A stretch of DNA of 62,108 bases, counting the filler, from Chiloscyllium plagiosum (lineage: Eukaryota), in the NCBI RefSeq assembly GCF_004010195.1. It is 6 parts of one record of this genome, joined end to end, with 100 filler letters (N's around TTAATTAATTAA, not from the genome) between each part and the next. Parts side by side here need not be neighbours in the genome. Positions count along the whole stretch, not along the records: positions 48,791 to 55,845 come from NC_057717.1; positions 55,946 to 62,108 come from NC_057717.1; 4 more parts are not named here. One strand, written 5' to 3'. Numbering within the stretch: position 1 is the stretch's first letter; the number at the start of each line of letters is the position of its first letter. The position numbers and the translations under genes were made by a program. The notes under the pieces were generated by a model that saw nothing but the letters and a program-made list of their open reading frames with translations, did no database searches and had not been told where the DNA came from. Positions 50,428 through 62,108 of this stretch are shown in pieces.

Positions 50428-52419
50428 TTATGCATCAGTTCCGTGCCTGGTCCTGCTCTATGAACTGTATACTTTAGAAATCTAAATGCCTCTGTCTGGC
50501 AACAAACTCCCAGCCACACATCAATCTCTCCCCTTTGAATATCATGTAGAGTCTTTCAGGACAATGGATTATTCAGACGATTACTATCTTTGAGCTTGTG
50601 CTTTTCAATTTCCTGTCAAAATCCGAAACTCAGTTCTCAGGACATCTTTTGCTACACTTGGTGCCAACATGGACATCGACATTTTGCTTTTTCCCCTTCC
50701 CATTCTGAAAGGATTGCCTCCGCTCACAAAAGTCTTTGATATTGACGACGAGAATTCAATTTATGTTCCTAAAGTCACTTCTCCAGCTTCAAGCTTTGCT
50801 TTTCTATGCCCAGCTCAAAGGAATCCCTACCTACATTGCCTCTTTGCGGAGAACCCCGTCTGCAAGCAATGTTCAACGTCGCACGCAAGATAAACTGGCG
50901 GGATTTCCTCCTTACTCGCTATGTGCCCTGCATTTTCCGACAAGTCACCCATTTTGTCTCCGTCTGCATTTCCTACAGCAGTTGGGTCGCTTGACATATA
51001 TTACACATTACCTATTAGACTTGATAATGCACTGTCGTGCCTCCAGTTGTGGCTGAAGGTCGAACACAGAGGTTCTTTAGCTGCAGCCATCAACTGTAAA
51101 ATGGACTGGCAGACAGCCAGCAACATCCATCGTTTCCCACATCGCTCAAGCTGGGGAAAGCTCGAAAGATCAGTCAGTCGAGAAGCATCAATACGGATTG
51201 AAACCGAATTTACGTTTTATGTCTTGCAGGTTTCAACACAATTGAGAAGATTTCTAAACGAGATTAGACTCGAAACTTTCACCAGTTCTATCTCCACGGA
51301 TGCGGCCAGATCTATCGATTTTCTCCAGAAATCTGTGCGTCTATTTCAGATTCTCAGTATCACAACTATTTTGCCTTTATGCAAGTCAGATATTTCAGTT
51401 CCTCAGCTTATCTTAACGAAATGCAACAGAGAATATCGCGTCTAATGGACAATTACTTGTTCTGAACTACTTCATTNNNNNNNNNNNNNNNNNNNNNNNN
51501 NNNNNNNNNNNNNNNNNNNNNNNNNNNNNNNNNNNNNNNNNNNNNNNNNNNNNNNNNNNNNNNNNNNNNNNNNNNNNNNNNNNNNNNNNNNNNNNNNNNN
51601 NNNNNNNNNNNNNNNNNNNNNNNNNNNNNNNNNNNNNNNNNNNNNNNNNNNNNNNNNNNNNNNNNNNNNNNNNNNNNNNNNNNNNNNNNNNNNNNNNNNN
51701 NNNNNNNNNNNNNNNNNNNNNNNNNNNNNNNNNNNNNNNNNNNNNNNNNNNNNNNNNNNNNNNNNNNNNNNNNNNNNNNNNNNNNNNNNNNNNNNNNNNN
51801 NNNNNNNNNNNNNNNNNNNNNNNNNNNNNNNNNNNNNNNNNNNNNNNNNNNNNNNNNNNNNNNNNNNNNNNNNNNNNNNNNNNNNNNNNNNNNNNNATTT
51901 CCTACAGCAGTTGGGTCGCTTGACATATGTTACGCATTACCTATTAGACTTGATAATACACTGTCGTGCCTCCAGTTGTGGCTGAAGGTCGAACACAGAG
52001 ACATCGAGGTTCTTAAGCTGCAGCCGCCAACTGTAAAATGGACTGGCAGACAGCCAGCAACATCCATCGTTTCCCACATCGCTCAAGATGGGGAAAGCTC
52101 GAAAGATCAGTCGGTCGAGAAGCATCAATACAGATTGAAACCGAATTTACATTTTGTGTCTTGCATGTTTCAACACAATTGAGAAGATTTCTAAACGAGA
52201 TTAGACTCGAAACTTTCACCAGTTCTATCTCCACGGATGCGTCCAGATCTATCGATTTTCTCCATAAATCTGTGCGTCTATTTCAGATGCTCAGTATCAC
52301 AAGTATTTTGCCTTTATGCAAGTCAGATGTTTCAGTTCCTCAGCTTATCTTAACGAAATTCAGCAGAGAATATCGCGTCTAATGGACAATTACTTGTTCT
52401 GAACTACTTCATTGCAAAA

Positions 52420-54320
52420 GAAGGGATGAAACTTGAAGGCTCTGTTAGGTTGCTTAAGATAGCAATTTAGCCAGGAAGGAGCGAAACAGACAGCTGAGAA
52501 GAGCTATTAGCGGACATGAGAAGGATGTCCTTTGGCAGTCAGGATCAAGTAGAACAACAAAGCTACTACAGATATGTCAAGAATAACAGGACGACTAGAG
52601 TAAGATTTGGGCCAGTCAAGGACAATAATGGGAAGTTGTGTGCGGAGTCCGAGGGAGTAGGAGTGGTGCTAAATGAATATTTTTCGACAGTATTCATACA
52701 GGAGAAAAGGAAATTTTGTAGAGCAGAATAATGAGATACAGTGCATTAAACTAGACGGGACTGAAGTTCAGAAGGAGGAGGTTTTAGCAATTCTGGAGCG
52801 TGTATAAAGTCCATTATGCCAGAAGTGATTTATCCCAGGTAAAGCTAGGAAGATAGCGAGACGTTTGAAAAAATGTTGGGTATGATCTTTATGTCGTCAT
52901 TGCCTACAAGAAGAGAGCCAGATGACTGGAGTATAGCAAACTTGTTTTTTGGCCAATAAGCGGAGTAGAGATAACCCTGCTAATTGCAGATCAGTGAGCC
53001 TTACTTCAGTTGTGGGAAAAGTGTTGGAAAGGATTCTCTGAGATAGGATTTATAATCACCCAGAAAAGATTAGTGTAATTAGAGAGAGTTAACACTTTTT
53101 GGTGAAGTGGGTGCCATAGCTTATAAAACTTATGGTGTTCTTTGAGAAAGTGACCAACACGAGAATGAGGGAAAAGCGATTGATGTGGTTCATATAAATT
53201 ATGTAAAGTGTTCCCCACCGGAGGCCATTGCAGAAAGTTCGGAGGTATAGAATTGAGGGTGATTTAAAAGTTTGGATCTGTAATTGGATGATTGAATGTA
53301 AAGGGGAAAGTGATCATTATCGAGTTCAGTAACTGGTAGCGTCCCGTAAGGATCTGTTTTGTTTTCACTGTTGATTGCGATTTTTATAAATGTCCTGGAT
53401 GAGGGGGTAAAAGGACGGATTAAGATGTCTGTGGACGATACTAACGTTGGTGGAGTTGTGGAGAGTGGGGAATGATGTTGCGAGTTTCAGAGGGACATAG
53501 ATAAACTGCAGAGCTGGCAAAATGAAGGTTAATGCGAAAAAGTGTAAGCTGATTCACTTTGAATGGAGTAACATGAATACAGAGTACTGGGCTCTTGGAA
53601 AAAACATTCTTGGCAGTGTAGATCATCAGAGAGATCTCGCTGTCCATGTACATAGATCTCTGACACCTGACGCCCAGGTTGATAGGGTTCTGAAGAAGGG
53701 ATAGGATGTTACTCTTTTATTGGTACAGGGATAGAATTTCGTAACCATGAGTCCATGGTCCAGTTGTACAAAACTCTAGTCTGGTCACAAATGGAGGACT
53801 CCACACAGTTATGCTCGCCACAATATAGGAATGGTATGGAAGCACTGCCACTGGTGCAGTGATTTACCAGGATCTTGCCTTCGAAGGAAGGAATGCCTTA
53901 TCATGAAAGACTGAAGGACCAGAGTCTGTTGTCATTAGAAAGAAGAAGGTTCAGAGGTAACTTATTAGAGACATATGGGATGACTGGATAATTGCATAGG
54001 ATGGACAGTGGGAGCCTTTTTCTCAGATGATGATGGCTCGCAGGAGAGGACATGACTTTAAATTGCGGGGTGACAGATACCGGACAGAGGCTGGGGTTAT
54101 TTTATTTACTCAGAGAGTACTAGAGGTATGGATTAACCTTCCTGCAACATTAGTACACTCGCCAATTTAAGAGTATTTAAGCAGTCATTGAATAAACATA
54201 GAGACGGAAATGGAATAGTGTGAGTCAGATGGGCTTCAAATTGAATTCAGAAGTCGATGCAGCATCGAGGGCGAAATCCATGTAATTCACTGTAATGTTC
54301 GATGTTTTATGCTCTACTAT
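52420..54320 (+). mobile_element. CR1 LINE ORF2 to 3' end, heavily degenerate
   Basis: YRYVKNNR..VLNEYFSTVF, decayed PQGS and DD motifs, KVNAKKCKLIHF, TGTTCGATGTTTTATG tail. Confidence 0.8.
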
Positions 54321-55279
54321 TCATGTTTAATTCTCAAATGCTGCTTCGGTTCCAGCTCGTGCTCTTTCAGTGTCTTTCCATTACATGCTCCTTTGCGATA
54401 TTGACTGCTTGCCAAATGGTCCTCGCCTTGTCCACACTTAAGAGCATTGGAATTTCAGAAAATTAAACGGTAAGATCTGGGACGCTGTAACAGAAAATTT
54501 AGTATGTCGGGTTTCCCCAAATTTGATGCAGTCATGGCTGACTTCATCTCCCCTAAATTTCACCTTCCTGTCCGTTCACCGGAGACCACCGTCCACTGTG
54601 TCATGACCTCCTTTGGTTCAGAGCCCTTTCAAAGATATAATTTCTCATCATCGGTGTTTTTTTTAATGTAGTGTCCCTCCTCCGAAATTAGACTTCTATT
54701 TCTAGATTGACCCAGATGAGGTATCATGCGTTAAACTTAAACTGTATCAATCGCCTTTCGCATCTAACTGAACTAAAATGAATCTCATTTTGCTCTTCCT
54801 AGCTCAACCAATCCGCCTTCAAAAAACAGGCCACTCAGCTCTTGATTCCTTACGATTTCCTGATTGAAGGGAGCTGCAGTGAAGGCAAATTTCTTTCCAT
54901 AAATGGAACATTCCTCGAGATTCAGGCTTCCATTTATTGGGAGAAGCGAGGAGAGAGAGAGAACCGGGGTCTGCAGGGATGGTACATTTCCTACTTAGAT
55001 TGGACTATACTCGAGTGTCAGGCCTCCATTTCTCGATAGCAGCAGGAGTGGTGAGAGTGAGGAGCTAAGTGGGAGTGGTCGAACTGCGCGCTGGGAAAGT
55101 GAGTGTACTGATATATTTGGGCAACAGTTATGTATACGTGGCTTCTGGGAGTACTGTTGTAGGAGGGACTGTTCAAACGTTTTGGACATTGGCACCGGTT
55201 CTGGTGTTACGAATGTTACGATTCACAGACCGGCTAGACTGCAAACCTTTGGGATGCTTCTGATAACGCTGTTTGTGAT

Positions 55280-55845
55280 GGTATAAACTAATGTGGCAGG
55301 GTAGTTAGTGGACAGTAAGGAGGATATAACTGAAGCTATAACGAACATAAGAAGGAATTCAGTGTGATTGAGGGGAATAGTAGGCAGGATTGGGAATAGT
55401 GATCACAATTCAATAACTTTTAATTATTCTCGTGGAATAAGGTCCAAAAGGAAGAGCGCGGAATTGTGGGAAGGCCAACCATGCCAAAATGCAGCAGGAA
55501 CTGTGGAGTGGCGTTGGGAGCCGCTATTTGAAGTTGAATCCACATTTGATCTGTTGAGGACTTTTAAAGAGGAAGTGTTTAGAGTTCAAGACATATATGT
55601 TCCTGTGAAGATGAGGGAGAGACATGGCCAGATTAGGAAACCATAGAATACAGGTGAAATTGTGAAACTAGTTAAGAGGAAAAATGAAGCGTAGATAAGA
55701 TGAAGGCAACTGAAGACAGACAAAGCTTTGGAAGAATATCCGGAATGTGTGAGATATCTGAAACGAGGTATGAAGTGGCTAAAAACAAAAATCACGATAC
55801 ATCTTTATCAAACAAAGTTAAGGAAAATCCTAAAGCCCTTTTTTT
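55280..55845 (+). mobile_element. CR1 LINE ORF2 fragment
   Basis: GNSDHNSITF..FKEEVFRVQDIYVP..KVKENPKAL. Confidence 0.7.
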
Positions 55846-56119
55846 NNNNNNNNNNNNNNNNNNNNNNNNNNNNNNNNNNNNNNNNNNNNTTAATTAATTA
55901 ANNNNNNNNNNNNNNNNNNNNNNNNNNNNNNNNNNNNNNNNNNNNGAGGCTGTAATATGATATAAAGTTTGTAGTGATACAGAGGGTTCCTGAAATACAG
56001 ATGGATGTAGCGGCTAGAGGAGATGACAGGGAAAGATACAGAGATACACGTAAATAGTTTAAAAATGGAATTGTGCAATGTCTTAATAGAGACAATATTG
56101 TAGAAATCTATGGAATATT

Positions 56120-56430
56120 GGTTCTGTTCGCCGAGCTGGAAGTTTTTGTTGCAAACTTTTCGTCCCCTGGCTAGGCGACATCATCAGTGCTTGGGAGCCT
56201 CCTGCGAAGCGCTTCTTTGTTGTTTCCTCCGGTGTTTATAGTGGTCTGTCCCTCCCGCTTCCGGTTGTCAGTTTCCGGTTGCCGGAAGCGGCAGGGACAG
56301 ACCACTATAAACATCGGAGGAAACATCAAAGAAGCGCTTCGCAGGAGGCTCCCAAGCACTGATGCTGTCGCCTAGCCAGGGGACGAAACGTTTGCAACAA
56401 AAACTTCCAGCTCGGCGAACAGAACCACAA
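56120..56430. mobile_element. Head-to-head palindromic Penelope pLTR pair
   Basis: 56120-56264 is the near-perfect reverse complement of 56282-56427; each arm has a hammerhead with one core mutation. Confidence 0.88.
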
Positions 56431-56502
56431 CATACCCCTTGTTTCATTAGAGTCAGTCTCGGTACCAGAAACTTGGCTGCTCATGCTACATTCCCCTGAG
56501 AG

Positions 56503-56772
56503 TTCATCCACAAACTCCATCAACAAACACATCGACCTGGACCCAATATACCAACCACTACAGCGGACAGCTGAAACTGACAACCGGAAGCGGCAGGGAC
56601 AGACCACTATAAACACCGGAGGAAACATCAAAGAAGCGCTGCGCAGGAGGCTCCCAAGCACTGAAGATGTCGCCTAGCCAGGGGACGAAACGTTTGCAAC
56701 AAAAACTTCCAGCTCGGCGAACAGAACCACAGCAACGAGCACCCGAGCTACAAATCTTCGCACAAACCTTGA
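56503..56772 (+). mobile_element. Penelope family A 3' fragment with hammerhead (56658-56697)
   Basis: SSTNSINKHIDLDPIY and pLTR; GCA-CTGAAGA..GAAACGTTTGC. Confidence 0.88.
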
Positions 56773-56849
56773 AGAGAAAATATATTCGGGCAGTTATTTT
56801 ACCCGAAACATTACTCAATTAGTGTCTCAATTCATCTTCCTTTTCCATT

Positions 56850-58810
56850 CGAAAAAGTGAAGTTCAGTGCAGCATTTCGTTAAGGTAGATAGTACCATTC
56901 AATAGTCTGTTTGGGAATTCAGTGCATTCGGAATTGATATCAGGACAATCGCATGCTCCCCCTGGAGGAGGAGGGAGGTAAGAGACACCCAAGTGTCCTG
57001 GCTGAAATCACCTGCGGAAGTGCAACCAACTCCAGCTCATTGGTACCTGCATTCGGGGCGTGGAGTTGGAGGTGGATAAAATTCGGCGTATTCGGGAGGT
57101 GAAGGGGGTAACAGACAGGGGTTATAGGGATGTAGTCACAAATTTGGTGCAGGAACAACGTAAATGGTTGACAGTGAGGGGACGAAAAGGGAACGGGTAG
57201 TCCGTGCAGGGATCCCTCAATAAAAAGTATACCGATTACGATGCTGTTGAGGGAGGCGACCTATCTGGAAAGCTAAAATGGCCACGTCTCTGCCATTGAG
57301 ACTGTTCCGGTGGTTCAGAAGGGAAGATGAGAGAATAGAAAAGCGCTCGTGTTCGGAGAGTTAATAGTTAGAGGAATGGATAGGAGATTTTGTGTTCAGA
57401 AAATGATTCGAGAAAAGATTGTTTCCTCCCAGGTGTCAGGGTCCATGATGGCTCTCATCTCATCGACATGATGGTCCCTGTTCCATTTCGTTAAAATGTG
57501 GTTGAGGAGCTCAGGGATACGACTTGCACAAAGCAAAGTAGTTGTGATACTGAGAATCTGAAATAGACGCAGAGTTTGCTGGAGAAAATCAATTGATCTG
57601 GCCGCAAACGTGGAGATATACTTGGTGAATGTTTCGAGTCTCACCTCAGTTAGAACGTTAGAGGATTACTAACGTTAGAGGATTACGACAGGCGCTTCGT
57701 GCTAGTGATGCGAGGAAGAGGAAGCGAGTGCAGCTAAACATGGGGCTACAGGGCTGGTTCAGAAGAAAGGGCTTAAGATACGTAGAACTTTCGAGTACCT
57801 TCAGGGGAACGTGGGACCTGTCCATGAAGGTCGAGTTGCACTGAAACTGGAGGAGCATGAATATCATGCGCAAGAGATTTGCTGGAGCAGTTCTGGAGGG
57901 TTTAAGATAGTTTGGCAGAGGGATGGGAACAAGAGCTACAGAATACAGGAGAGTGTCGTTGTCGAACTAGCAGAAATATAATGAAGACAGTCTGTCAGTA
58001 AGGATGCATAATTGGTATGACAAAGAGATGTGTTTGCATGGGACTGTTTTGATGCAAGGTGTGTCAGAAATAAGCATGATGAAAGTTGAGCATGGATGAT
58101 AATCGATTGAAAGAATTCCTCCTGCAGGTCGGTGATCAGTTGTGTTCCGCAGGGATCTGTCCTTGGGAGTTGGCTCTCTGTAGTATTTTTCAAGACATGC
58201 ATGAAGAAACTGAAGGGTGGGTTAGTACATTTGCCAATGCCAAGATGGTCGGATGTATGTAGGAAGTGTTGCGGGCTATTGCAGGCTACAACAAGACATT
58301 GACAAGATGCAGAGCTGGGCTGAGAAGTGGGAGAGAGATTTCAAACTGGATAAGTGCGAATTCGTTAATTTTGGAAGTTCGATTCTAAATGCAGAATACA
58401 GCATGAAAGATAGGTTTCCTGGCAGCATGGAGGAACAGCGGTATCTTGGTTTGTAAGGACATAGACTTATCAAAGTTTCCACATATATTGCCAGGAGTGT
58501 TCTGAAGGAGTATAGTCTTTCGGCTTTCATTAACAAGTGGATTGATTTTAAAAGCCGAGAGGCTTTACTCCAGCTAAATATAACACTGTTTGCACCACAG
58601 TTGAAATGTTATGTCCAGTTCGGATGGCGTCATTATAGGAAGCATACAGATGCTTTAGAGATGATGCAGAGGAGACTTACTAGGATGCCGCCTGGATTGG
58701 AGTGCATGTGATAAAAGGAGAGGTATAATAAGCGAGGGCATTTTCAGATTGGGCAGAAGAACGAAATTAGGTTACTTGATAGAGGTCTGCAAGGTAATGA
58801 GAGGCATTGA
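56850..58810 (+). mobile_element. CR1 LINE with large internal deletion (ORF1 joined to late RT at ~58100)
   Basis: ORF1 copy of 49109-50350, then VPQGSVLG and LQQDIDKMQSWAEKW. Confidence 0.78.
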
Positions 58811-59015
58811 CACCTTCGACACATGATCTGGGCTGACACCAATTGTTAAAGTTAACCTGAGAATGTAACTTAAAAAAAAGATATGTGATTTGCATATGAA
58901 AGAAGTGAAACTAAGACGGTCATTCTAACAGATATTTTAATGTATAGCTTTAATTACAAAACACTGTAAACTTTTGCTATCAATTCTGTAGCTTACAATT
59001 ATGTACTCCGCAACC

Positions 59016-59046
59016 ACCTGATGAAGGAGCAGCGCTCAGAAAGCCA
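59016..59046 (+). ncRNA. Degenerate hammerhead motif, third family (second copy ~61655-61685)
   Basis: CTGATGA-AGGAGC-AGC-GCTCA-GAAAGC; cleavage-side mutation; shared downstream CTTCC..AACCTGG motif. Confidence 0.45.
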
Positions 59047-60052
59047 ACGCTTCCGATTAAACCTGTTGGACTATATCCTGGTTTTGTGTGCTTCTAAACT
59101 TTGTAAGCCTTTTGTCGGTATTTTATGGAAGAAAATTTACTCCCACGCACGTTCATATGTACTCGCCATTACCTCGGCTATTGCACGGGCCTCGCATCTA
59201 ACCAAATGCCCTGCAGACCATTCCATACCCACAGGTGCAGCACATCTGCCAATGGTTGGATGTGTGTGCTTCTGGCCGGGGATGTTGGCGGAGTCCAAGT
59301 TGGCAGATGTGTGTGTGCTTGTGTCGGGGATTGAAAGAGAAATGCACGGAGGGTGGAGGTGTTCTGAAACAGTGACCAACCACGTCACCTCAGCATGCCA
59401 ACGCCTGATGGTTTTCCATGGTTCTCCCTGGCCAGGAGCAGTCACATGATGCTGCCAGGCTGGCGTACGTTGTGCCACCAACTGTTCATAAATGCACTGC
59501 ACGCGGAATGAGAGGTGTGAATGCCACCAAAGCAGTGGCGAACCGTTCAGCATTTCTCCTCTTTTCCCTCTCCACTTTTCAAAAACAAACTAAGTTGCTC
59601 AGTTCCCTCAGAACATACGCAACACGAAGAAAAGTTTTAGGAGCGGTTCAAATCAGTAATCACTGACACGTAGAATTCCCATTTAGCATCTATCAGTAAT
59701 GGCTGACAGTTTGAAAATGTTTGCCTCAGCATAAATTGCTAACAACAAATGAGTAACCACTAACACTTCAAAAACTTTCGTGTCAGCACACATCTGCAAC
59801 CAGTTAACACGTAGCAATCTGTAACCATATGTATATTGGAATGGATTTCTGACTTCAATGTTCAACTGGCAGCTTCGGTTATTTTTAATTAGTACTGGGG
59901 TCTTAATTTCCAGTTATTCCGCATGCCCCGGTTGTGTGGCCGGTTCAGGAGTGCCCTGTAGCAGGTTTGAAAGTGAATTAGTGCACTTTGTGAGATGCAA
60001 TGCCAGAGGCAGTTTGTAGTAAAAGGTGTATTAGTCTGGAATGAAGCCGGTG

Positions 60053-60186
60053 ATGAGGGTAAGGTCAGGGTTAGTTTCAGATTTAGTTTGCGGCTTGTGG
60101 TAAGGCTTAGGTTCAGATTTGGGGCTCGTGTAGGTGTTAGGATTAGGAATCGATTCAAGGTTAGGCGTCAGGTTAGGTTAGGTTGA
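60053..60186 (+). repeat. Degenerate telomere-like (TTAGGG)n tract
   Basis: 6-bp phase: TGAGGG TAAGG TCAGGG TTAGTT..TTAGGT..TTAGGA TTAGGA..TTAGGC GTCAGG TTAGG TTAGG. Confidence 0.65.
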
Positions 60187-60192
60187 GTGCCC

Positions 60193-61160
60193 TTGCAGAA
60201 GGGATCGAATCTGGAAGTTCATACCGACTTTGTGATTTGCAGAAAATCGAGCGTCACTGGATTTGTTCAGGCGGATTTGCACACTGTGTTCCCGGCTGAC
60301 AGCGAGTGTGGTCGTGTTGTCTACGGGTATCAGCGATTTCCCAAATTGGGTAGTCGTCGTTTTTGGCACGGGGCCGAATTCTTGAGTTCCTATTGCCTTG
60401 GGGACTTTGAGGTCTGATAGTGCCGCTGAATTCGGATTAGACGATATGGGAACGGTGTGACCATTTTGGCGGAGTGCCAGCCAGTTTCGGACCCAATGTG
60501 AGCGATTTTCTATGGTTGGATTTGCTCCATGCTTGGAAGGGAGCGAATCCGGGAGTTCAAAACGACTTTGGGAATTCGAGGACAGGTGGCGCCGCCGGAT
60601 TTGATGCAGGGGATATGCCAAAGATGTACCTGTCTCGCACCAAGTGCTGTCCTTCTTGTCACTGATTTTCAGCGATTTTGCACTTTGACCGAGAGTGCAA
60701 GATCTAAACTGGCAAAAACGAGAAGAGGACGTATGAGGGGCTAACGTGGCTTTCTCTGGCTGATGCCATTTACATAATGAGGAAAATTTAGTGAAAATCT
60801 CACAGGCTGTATTCTGGCTGGGCCTCGGGCAAGCGGTCTGCACCACCGCAACGCATTTCAGACCGTGTTCCGACCGGATGTCCGCGATTTCCAACGTTGT
60901 GAAGTAGTCCGTTTCTGCAAGGGGAATATTCCGGCACATTACATGGCTTTGTCGACTTCCACGAAGTAGAGCGTCGCCGAATTCGGTATGGCCGATCTGC
61001 TTCCGGTAATGAACGGATTGTGTTGGCTTCCAGCCGTGTTCCAACAAAGCATCAGCAGTTGTGTGCCATGGGAAAAGTTCCTCTTTTTGGAAGGGAGCAA
61101 ATCCTGGTCTTTGTACTGAATGCGTGAATTCCAGGCTGTGTAGCGTCGCGCAATTCCCTC
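60193..61160. repeat. Diverged ~169-bp satellite-like tandem array (~5-6 units)
   Basis: AAGGGAnCGAATC-like motif at 60199, 60368, 60537, 60919 and 61091; units at 60199 and 60537 align over ~145 bp. Confidence 0.75.
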
Positions 61161-61774
61161 CATCTTCTTGCTCATACCTCTGTAGTTGTTTTTATTCAGC
61201 TGTAATAGCATTCCCTCTGATTGTACTTCTCCCTCTCAAATTGCAGAGTAAATTCAAACATATTATTATCACTGCCTTCAAAACGTTCCTTCACCTTCAG
61301 CACCCTTATCAAATCTGCCTCATTTCACAACACAAAATCTAGTATTGATTAGACAAATTAAGTTTCTTGCCATCCACGACGAACTTGATTATACCAATCC
61401 ACCAGCATATTCCACTCATCCATAATCACTGTAACGTTGCCTTTCCTAAACATCTTTTCCATCTCCTGGTGTATCTTGCGCTCCAGCTCCTAACTACTGT
61501 TTGGATGCCTGCACGTCACTCCACCTACATTTCTCTTTTCACTTTGCGGTTCCTCAATTCTACCTGCACAGATGTTACACCATCTGATCTATCATTTTTC
61601 TGACAATTTGATCTTTTACCATAAATTCTGTCTTATGATCCTGCCCCAATAGCGACCTGACGAAGGAGCAGTGCTGCGACAGCTTGGACTTCCCAAAAAG
61701 TCTTTTGGAAAATAACCTGGTGTGTGTGATTTTTAACTTAAAGTATTAAAGACAAGAATCGGTGTTGCCTGCTG

Positions 61775-62108
61775 CAACAACAACAACGATTGCTATTCGC
61801 TGTAACGTACACAGGATCTAGTGTTCTCGAAAAGATACGTAGCAACAGCTGTTCTTGACAATAATGATTGGACAAGGGGTTCTTTATAATATACATACGT
61901 ACTGTTGTTCTCAGCAAGATATCCATGTCGGGCTGTTCTGTATAATGAAAACATGAAGTGCTGTTCTCTGTAATGATGACAGGATCTGCAGTTCTCTATG
62001 AAAAATACAGGGACTGCTGTTTTTAATTAATAAAAAGCGGGATTGCTATCGTCTGCAATAACAACAGGGACAACTGTTCTCAGCAATACACAGGGACTGC
62101 TGCTATCT
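61775..62108. repeat. ~28-bp minisatellite, running off the window
   Basis: Consensus approximately ATACACAGGGACTGCTGTTCTCTGTAAT, about 11-12 diverged units. Confidence 0.8.

Noticed and set aside
50968..52413. ~510-bp direct repeat (50968-51476 and 51897-52413)
   Set aside because: Copy 1 ends exactly at the gap start and copy 2 begins exactly at the gap end, typical of unmerged overlapping contig or haplotype ends.
60178..61047. 289-aa minus-strand ORF
   Set aside because: Lies over the 169-bp array; the period is not a multiple of three, the protein does not repeat and no motif is recognisable.

Overview
Repeat-rich vertebrate genomic DNA, almost certainly from a shark or ray: it carries HE1-type V-SINEs, CR1/HER1-type LINEs and GPR139-like GPCR exons. 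The draft assembly has N gaps and artificial TTAATTAATTAA spacers. No intact complete host gene is visible. There is a disrupted GPR139-like GPCR exon 2 (+, 16781-17674) and an open first exon of the same family (-, 26553-26811). The most striking element is a GC-rich endogenous retrovirus on the minus strand (28192-34488). It has RT, tether, RNase H and integrase, a spliced env, a PPT and a 3' LTR. Its Env lacks the gamma-type ISD/CX6CC motif and instead shows a paramyxovirus/pneumovirus F-like layout, as in lokiretroviruses, plus an extra Cys-rich N-terminal region. The ERV and GPCR exon 1 sit between the arms of a ~4 kb inverted duplication, which itself contains an older gamma-type env/LTR relic. 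Other content: several Penelope-like families with minimal hammerhead ribozymes and inverted pLTRs, a Gmr1-like Gypsy relic and a Rex1/Babar LINE. The right end has degenerate TTAGGG repeats next to a diverged 169-bp satellite, followed by a 28-bp minisatellite. All calls were made by eye, without database searches.
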